Of a stretch of DNA of 64,000 nucleotides, positions 58,771-64,000 are shown piece after piece. Position 1 is the stretch's first letter. Every line of letters starts with the position of its first letter. The stretch is from Verrucomicrobiota bacterium (GTDB lineage Bacteria > Verrucomicrobiota > Verrucomicrobiia > Opitutales > Opitutaceae). A program made the translations under genes and the position numbers. The stretch is from positions 51,885 to 115,884 of the forward strand of contig JAEZUE010000103.1 in the NCBI GenBank assembly GCA_023443455.1, given 5' to 3'. Under the pieces are notes generated by a model, which was not told the origin of the DNA, ran no database searches, and saw only the letters and a program-made list of their open reading frames with translations.

Positions 58771-58867
58771 ACCGGCACCAACGGATATGGGCCGACCTCC
58801 GGTCCCGCATGCCGAATTCCCAAAACAAGCACGCCCCCACCATCGGCGGAGCGGGCCCGGCCCCACG

Positions 58868-59149
58868 TCACTCGCGGAAACGGAACACCGTCTCGTCCTG
58901 CTTGGCGTAGCCGAGTTTGCGGCGGATCATCCCCTCGACGTACTGCGGATCGCTGCGCAGATGGGCGAGCGCCCGCTGCTGCTCGCGCAGCTCCTGTTCG
59001 GCCACCTGCAACCGCTGGCGCGTCTCCGCCGCCTGGGTCCGCACGGTCGAAAGCTCCTGATACGTCTGCATGAACGAGATCCCGGAGAATGCGCTGAGCA
59101 CCAGGAACACGACCGCGTACAACGAAGCTAGAAAACGACCAAGAGTCAT
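58868..59149 (-). CDS. ftsB: Septum formation initiator (FtsB/DivIC family)
   Basis: N-terminal TM, a coiled coil, then ...LRSDPQYVEGMIRRKLGYAKQDETVFRF, typical of FtsB. The start is taken at the ATG at 59149. Confidence 0.7.
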   Translation of the reverse strand: MTLGRFLASLYAVVFLVLSAFSGISFMQTYQELSTVRTQAAETRQRLQVAEQELREQQRALAHLRSDPQYVEGMIRRKLGYAKQDETVFRFRE

Positions 59150-59294
59150 CGGGGGAGGGATTGCAGTGGCGGTAAGAAAAGGGTTTGAGTGGCCGCTGCC
59201 TTCTTGCGTGCCGCTTTTAGAGTCCATAATCGGCCGCGGTTCAATATTTTTCCCGGACGCCACTGCGCCCGACGATCCCAACCCAGCCCGCCCG

Positions 59295-60110
59295 ATGTAC
59301 CAAAGTTTCTACGGCTTCGAGGAGATGCCCTTCAACATCACCCCGGACCCGAAGTTTCTCTACCTCAGCCCCTCGCACGTGGATGCGCTCCAGCATCTCA
59401 AATACGGCATCGAGGAGCGCAAGGGGTTCATCGTGCTCATCGGCGAGGTCGGCTGCGGCAAGACCACCCTCTGCCGCCGGCTGCTCAACGAGCTCGACGC
59501 CGAACGCTTCGAGACCGCGCTGGTGCTCAACCCCCGCGTGACCGAGACGGAGATGCTCGAGACCATCCTGCTCGAGCTAGGCGAGACCATCGAGCAGCAT
59601 ACCCAGAACGCCCTCGTCGCCCAGGTCAACCGCGTGCTGATCGAACGGATTCACGCCGGCAAGGACATCGTGCTGATCATCGACGAGTGCCAGAACCTCT
59701 CCTTCGAGGTGCTCGAACAGGTGCGGCTGCTCTCCAACCTCGAGACCGACAAGCAGAAGCTGCTCCAGATCGTCCTGATGGGGCAGCCCGAGTTCAAGGA
59801 GAAGCTCCGGCAAGACCGCCTCCGCCAGCTACGCCAACGCATCCTCGTCCACTACGAGCTCAACCCGCTCACCCAGGCCGAGGCCACGCACTACATCTTC
59901 CACCGCCTCACCCTCGCCGGCGCCAACGGCCGGCCGCGCTTCACCAAATGGGCGCTGCGCTCGATCTACCGCCACAGCCGCGGCACCCCCCGCATCATCA
60001 ACAACCTCTGCGACAAGGCCATGCTCGCCGCCTTCGTGCGCGACTCCGACGAGGTCACCTGGTGGGATGTGCGCCGCGCCCTCAAGGAGGTCGCCCACCT
60101 GACCGATTGA
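59295..60110 (+). CDS. ExeA/GspA-like AAA+ ATPase
   Basis: MYQSFYGFEEMPFNITPDPKFLY..., Walker A GEVGCGKTTL, Walker B LIIDECQNL, and ...RGTPRIINNLCDKA... Confidence 0.8.
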   Translation: MYQSFYGFEEMPFNITPDPKFLYLSPSHVDALQHLKYGIEERKGFIVLIGEVGCGKTTLCRRLLNELDAERFETALVLNPRVTETEMLETILLELGETIEQHTQNALVAQVNRVLIERIHAGKDIVLIIDECQNLSFEVLEQVRLLSNLETDKQKLLQIVLMGQPEFKEKLRQDRLRQLRQRILVHYELNPLTQAEATHYIFHRLTLAGANGRPRFTKWALRSIYRHSRGTPRIINNLCDKAMLAAFVRDSDEVTWWDVRRALKEVAHLTD

Positions 60111-60167
60111 GCCGCCGCCAGCGGCCCCGTTTTCCGTCACCATTTCCCCGATCCATTCACCGCCGCC

Positions 60168-60869
60168 ATGAGCCTCATCAACGACGCCCTCAAAAAAGCG
60201 CAACGCGAACGCGCCCACCCGGCGGACCGGGCCCCGAGCACCACGCCGCCCGCCGGCACGCCACCGCCCGCACACCCCGCCGGCCCCCGCCAGGAGCTTC
60301 GCTCCAAGGGCAACCCGTGGCTGCTCATCCTGGTGGCCGTCGGAGTGATCGGCGGCGGCACTGCCGTCTGGTTTCTCAAGCCCGGTGCCGCCCCGGCCCC
60401 GGCCCAAACCGCTGCCGCCCCGGCTGCGCCCTCCCCGGTCCCCGCACCGGCGACGCCCGCAACCGAGCCGGAGATGCCCCAGCTCACGATCAACCTCGCC
60501 GGCACCACGCCGCCACAGCCCGTCCCGGCACCCACGCCCAGCCCGCTCCCCGTCGCCCCCCCGGCCACGACTCCCCCCACGGCACCCGTCGCGAAAACCT
60601 CGATGCCCGAGGCACCGCCCGCCGCCGCCCCGGCGCCGTTGCAGATTACCCTTCAGCTCGAGGATCCCCGCGTCCTCGCCTTCCTCGATGCCGCCAAGAT
60701 CAACGGCATCCGCGCCGCGGCCGACGACGCCAAGCTGCTCATGAACAACAAGGTCTTCCGGGTCGGCGGCGTGGTCGACCGCGAGCTCGGGTTGAAGCTC
60801 GTGCAGATCCTCCCGACCGAACTCGTCTTCGAGGACGCCCGCGGTATCCAATACCACAAGATTCTCTGA
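60168..60869 (+). CDS. Pro/Ala-rich bitopic membrane protein, GspB/ExeB-like partner of ExeA
   Basis: MSLINDALKKAQRER start, one TM, a long Pro-rich linker, and a C-terminal ...INGIRAAADDAKLLMNNKVFRVGGVVD...LVQILPTELVFED... Confidence 0.5.
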   Translation: MSLINDALKKAQRERAHPADRAPSTTPPAGTPPPAHPAGPRQELRSKGNPWLLILVAVGVIGGGTAVWFLKPGAAPAPAQTAAAPAAPSPVPAPATPATEPEMPQLTINLAGTTPPQPVPAPTPSPLPVAPPATTPPTAPVAKTSMPEAPPAAAPAPLQITLQLEDPRVLAFLDAAKINGIRAAADDAKLLMNNKVFRVGGVVDRELGLKLVQILPTELVFEDARGIQYHKIL

Positions 60870-60873
60870 GCCG

Positions 60874-61005
60874 AGCATTCGGTCGAGTGACGAACGTCGA
60901 GGGGCCGATCACGGAGGAGATCGGGCGAAGCACTCGTGCAGGAAGCTCGCCTCCGATGGTTTGGCGCTCGTCCCTCGACGCTCGCCTCTCGACCGCATCA
61001 TCACG
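60874..61005 (+). repeat. MITE-like structured repeat, copy D (132 bp class)
   Basis: Upstream flank CTGAGCCG (60866-60873). The downstream flank is the degenerate GCTTCGGCCG (61006-61015). Confidence 0.8.
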
Positions 61006-61174
61006 GCTTCGGCCGACGGTTCGACCGCCTCCGCCACCGGCCGAAGCGCCTGTGCCAAAGCAACCCGTATTCGGAATTCGGTGACTCGCTCCAGGCACAC
61101 TGGCCGACGCGGCCGTTGCATCGTCGGCCGAACGCCTCGACGCCGCCCGCGCAGAAAAGCCGCTGGACCGCACC

Positions 61175-62704
61175 ATGTCCGTTTCGCTTAATTTTCCGGT
61201 GCCCAAGAGCCCACCGCCCCCGCGCAAGGATTCAGGCGACCCACGCGTCGCGCGGTTTCGGCCGCACCAACGACGCCCCGAGCTTCACCCGCAGGAACGC
61301 TGGGTCCTCTTCTGGGTCGCCCTGCACCTCTGCTTCCTTCCGTGGGCGCTGGGCGCGATGCCGCTCTGGAGCCAATGCGTCAGCCTCGGGCTCGCCCTGG
61401 TCGGCTTCGGTTTCGCCTCACGCCCCCGTGAATACACCCCGGCCCAAACCGGAGGTGAATCGCTCCGCGTCCGCCCGCTGCAGCGGCTCTGGCGCCTGCC
61501 TCTCTTCTGGATCGGGCTGGCTCTGCTCCTCTACATCGCGGTGCAGGGGCTCAACCCCGCCTGGATCTACCATGCCAATTCCTCCTATTGGTGGATCGAG
61601 CCCGCCAACCCCGTCCGGTGGCTGCCCAGCGGCATGCGTGTGCCCTTCGTCACGGCCGGACCATGGCGCGCACTGATCGTCTTCGCCTCGCTGTGGCTGA
61701 CTCTTTGCTCCGTCTGGATCGGCTTCATGCGTCGCCAGACCTTCCGGCTCCTGTTCACCGTTCTGGTCGGCAACGGCGTGCTGCTGGCTCTCTTCGGGCT
61801 GGCCCAGCAACTGACCCAGGCGAAGGGGATCTTCTGGGTGGTGAAATCGAGCAGCAGCTCCTTCGTCGCCTCGTTCATCTATCGCAACCACGCGGGGGCT
61901 TATCTGAACATCCTCGTCGCACTCGCCGTCGGCCTCGCCTGGTGGCACTTCGCCAGGGCCAACCGCCGCCTCGAGAAATCGAGCCCGGCCGGAGTCTTCA
62001 CCTTCGGCGCCGTCCTCATCGGGGTGATGGCGCTCTTCACTCTTTCGCGCGGCACCGCCGCCATCCTGCTCACGTTCTCCGCGATCACTGGAGCGGCCTT
62101 CTTCTGGCACCAACTCCGCCAGCCCGCCCAGCAGCGCAGCCGTGCGGTCCTGCTCGGTCTGCTCGTCCTGCTCGGCGGCTTTCTCGCCGTGGGCATGTAC
62201 TCGCTGAAGGCCGAGAACCTCTGGAAACGTTTCAGCACCCTGCTCGTCGACCCGGTCGCCTCGGCCAAGGAACGAACCCTGGCGCACTCCGCCGCAGCGG
62301 AGATGTTCAAGGCCCGACCGGTTTTCGGCTGGGGGGCCGGCTGCTTCCGTTTCGGCTTCCCCGAGTACGTCCGCAAGCATCCGGAAATCTACTACTCCGG
62401 CCGCATCACCCGCACCCAGCGCAAGCTCTGGGAGCATGCCCACAACGACCTGCTCGAGTTTCCGATCGAGTTCGGCATGGTCGGCAGCCTCTTGTTCCTC
62501 TCCGGCGCGAGCTGGCTGGCCTGGCGGCAGGTTCGCACCCGGGTGTGGAGCAACCCGCTGGCGTTCCCCACCGTCTTCGGGCTCGGATTGACGGTCGTGC
62601 ACGCCTGGGGCGACTTCGTCTTCCAGAACCCGGCCATCCTGCTGACCTGGGCGGTTCTCTCGCTCGCCTCGATCCGCTGGGCCGAAGTCGACACCGGCTC
62701 CTGA
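61175..62704 (+). CDS. O-antigen ligase-like (Wzy_C domain) polytopic membrane protein
   Basis: Ten or more TM helices with ...LWEHAHNDLLEFPIEFGMVGSLLF..., resembling the O-antigen ligase/Wzy_C loop. Confidence 0.65.
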   Translation: MSVSLNFPVPKSPPPPRKDSGDPRVARFRPHQRRPELHPQERWVLFWVALHLCFLPWALGAMPLWSQCVSLGLALVGFGFASRPREYTPAQTGGESLRVRPLQRLWRLPLFWIGLALLLYIAVQGLNPAWIYHANSSYWWIEPANPVRWLPSGMRVPFVTAGPWRALIVFASLWLTLCSVWIGFMRRQTFRLLFTVLVGNGVLLALFGLAQQLTQAKGIFWVVKSSSSSFVASFIYRNHAGAYLNILVALAVGLAWWHFARANRRLEKSSPAGVFTFGAVLIGVMALFTLSRGTAAILLTFSAITGAAFFWHQLRQPAQQRSRAVLLGLLVLLGGFLAVGMYSLKAENLWKRFSTLLVDPVASAKERTLAHSAAAEMFKARPVFGWGAGCFRFGFPEYVRKHPEIYYSGRITRTQRKLWEHAHNDLLEFPIEFGMVGSLLFLSGASWLAWRQVRTRVWSNPLAFPTVFGLGLTVVHAWGDFVFQNPAILLTWAVLSLASIRWAEVDTGS

Positions 62705-62771
62705 TCGCCGCAGCCGTAGCCCGCCGCTCCGCAAACCCACCGGAAGCACCCAGTTCCCCCCCCGGCCGCTC

Positions 62772-62804
62772 GGGGAAAAATAACGTGACGGTCGTCACGT
62801 TATT
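62772..62804. repeat. Hairpin palindrome, copy 3 (right arm truncated, compensatory G>A / C>T pair)
   Basis: GGGGAAAAATAACGTGAC-GGTC-GTCACGTTATT. Both arms carry the matching substitution relative to copies 1 and 2. Confidence 0.8.
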
Positions 62805-62907
62805 CGGTTATCTGAATACAAGCGGCGCGGGCGGGGCCTTTCGATTCCGAGGATTCACCGGCCGGCGACCGCACCGGGATCCGCCCGGGCGCACTCCGGA
62901 AACGGCT

Positions 62908-63342
62908 TCAGCGCACCTGCAGGCGGATCTTGTTCAGGCCATTCTTGCGGCAGAGATCCATCACCTTCGTCACGTGCTTGAGCGCCGCATCCTCGTCGGA
63001 ACGGATCAGCACCGTGATGTCCTTGTCGACCTTGGACAGCTCGCCGGCGAGACTCTCGAGCTCGGCGACCGACGCCTCGCGCTTGTCGAGCACAAGCTCG
63101 CCGTTGTTGCCGAGAATGGTCACGCGCACCTGCTCGTCCTTGTCGACCGCGATCACGACCTTGCTCTGGAAGACATTCTTCCCCGCGGTCTCGACCTTCG
63201 GCAGCGTGAGGTTGAGCGTGCCGCCGGTGGCCTCGCGGAACTGCATCGTCGCAAAGGTGAAAAAGACCAGCATCACCAGCACGTCGATCAACGGCACGAG
63301 CGGCAACTCGGGCCTGCGATAGCGGTCGCTGCGGAGGCTCAT
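62908..63342 (-). CDS. ExbD/TolR-family biopolymer transport protein
   Basis: ...PELPLVPLIDVLVMLVFFT... TM followed by a periplasmic domain. Confidence 0.8.
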   Translation of the reverse strand: MSLRSDRYRRPELPLVPLIDVLVMLVFFTFATMQFREATGGTLNLTLPKVETAGKNVFQSKVVIAVDKDEQVRVTILGNNGELVLDKREASVAELESLAGELSKVDKDITVLIRSDEDAALKHVTKVMDLCRKNGLNKIRLQVR

Positions 63343-63962
63343 GAACGGTTCTCCACCGCCACTTCCGCCGCACCCGCCTTCGAGCGGACGCGCGCGATGA
63401 TGCGCTCGAGCAACACATCGAGCTGCGCCGTGTGGTGGTCGATCCGCCGCTGGATGTAGCCGTTGCCCGCCAAGGCGACCAACGCCACCGCCAGGCCGAG
63501 CAGCGTCGCCGAGAGGGCATAGCCGACACTCTGGGAGAACTTCGCCGGATCGGGCAACCCCGTCACCTGATCGCGGGTACTCGCGAAGGCGCCGAGCAGG
63601 CCCGAAACCGTGCCGATCAGACCGAGCAACGGTGCCCCGGTGTAGATGGTGTCGAGGTAGCGCACGCCACGCTCCATCTTCATGACCTCGAGGCGGGCAT
63701 AGGCCTTCGTCGCGTCGGGATCGCTTGCGTGGCGCTCGGCGAATTCGAGCACCCGGCCGAGCACGGAAAAGCGCCCGCCGGTCGTGGCCTTGTTCAACAG
63801 CACCGCCTCGGCCAATTCGGGCGGCAACACCGCCGTGGTGCGAAGCGCAAACGCGCGTTCACAGATGATGAACACCACAGCCAGAGAGCAGACAGCCAGC
63901 GGATACGCCAGCATGCCGGCCTCATTGAAGACACGAACCCAATCGACGACGGCGAAGAACAT
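63339..63962 (-). CDS. MotA/TolQ/ExbB-family proton channel protein
   Basis: ...GAPLLGLIGTVSGLLGAF... conserved channel motif. The upstream GTG/ATG at 63995 is an alternative start. ATGA-type overlap with exbD. Confidence 0.8.
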   Translation of the reverse strand: MFFAVVDWVRVFNEAGMLAYPLAVCSLAVVFIICERAFALRTTAVLPPELAEAVLLNKATTGGRFSVLGRVLEFAERHASDPDATKAYARLEVMKMERGVRYLDTIYTGAPLLGLIGTVSGLLGAFASTRDQVTGLPDPAKFSQSVGYALSATLLGLAVALVALAGNGYIQRRIDHHTAQLDVLLERIIARVRSKAGAAEVAVENRS

Positions 63963-64000
63963 AGACGGTGCCGTTAGACGTGCGGCAGCGCCCAATGTTT

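Noticed and set aside
59244-59257. ATATTTTTCCCGG as a fourth member of the hairpin-palindrome family.
   Set aside because: Only one arm-like half is present, with no partner arm, and the match is 12 of 13 nt. It could be a chance resemblance or part of the exeA promoter. It is mentioned only as a lead.

Overview
High-GC bacterial chromosome segment; hand counts of sampled 60-nt lines give about 62-77% GC. The gene content resembles a Verrucomicrobiota/Opitutales-type genome, but I cannot verify that without a database. There are two parts. (1) Positions 1-14002 are the right-hand end of an HK97-type siphovirus-like prophage: major capsid (open at the window edge), connector, adaptor, tail terminator, tail tube, a chaperone pair with a -1 slippery site, tape measure, tail-tip ORFs and a divergent tyrosine integrase. 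It abuts tRNA-Thr(TGT) and tRNA-Gln(CTG). The head-neck module is interrupted by non-structural or envelope-targeted genes, and the tail-tip half has visibly lower GC. (2) Positions 14.3-64 kb are core chromosome. Genes include an outer-membrane beta-barrel, a large sensor kinase, DedA, TatC, SufU, pyruvate phosphate dikinase, DUF3160, an M50 protease, REC-kinase hybrids, DUF2064, an APC-USP permease, AhcY and MetK. Further along are a phosphorelay operon enclosing an orphan GspE/PilB-type ATPase, YdbH-YnbE-YdbL, a GH10 + pectate-lyase chimera, Opp-type permeases, an MsbA-like exporter, RpsO-Pnp, FtsB, ExeA/GspB-like proteins, an O-antigen-ligase-like protein and ExbBD/TolQR. The most unusual signals are non-coding. 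One is a 132-139 bp structured MITE-like repeat: four copies, each flanked by CTGAG-centred direct repeats and each sitting on the stop codon of the neighbouring gene. The second is a hairpin-palindrome family of three copies, one carrying a compensatory double substitution. The third is a RAYT transposase bracketed by GTAG-type REP doublets, with a variant REP doublet inside the opp operon. No CRISPR array or rRNA gene was seen. All product calls rest on remembered family motifs, not on searches.
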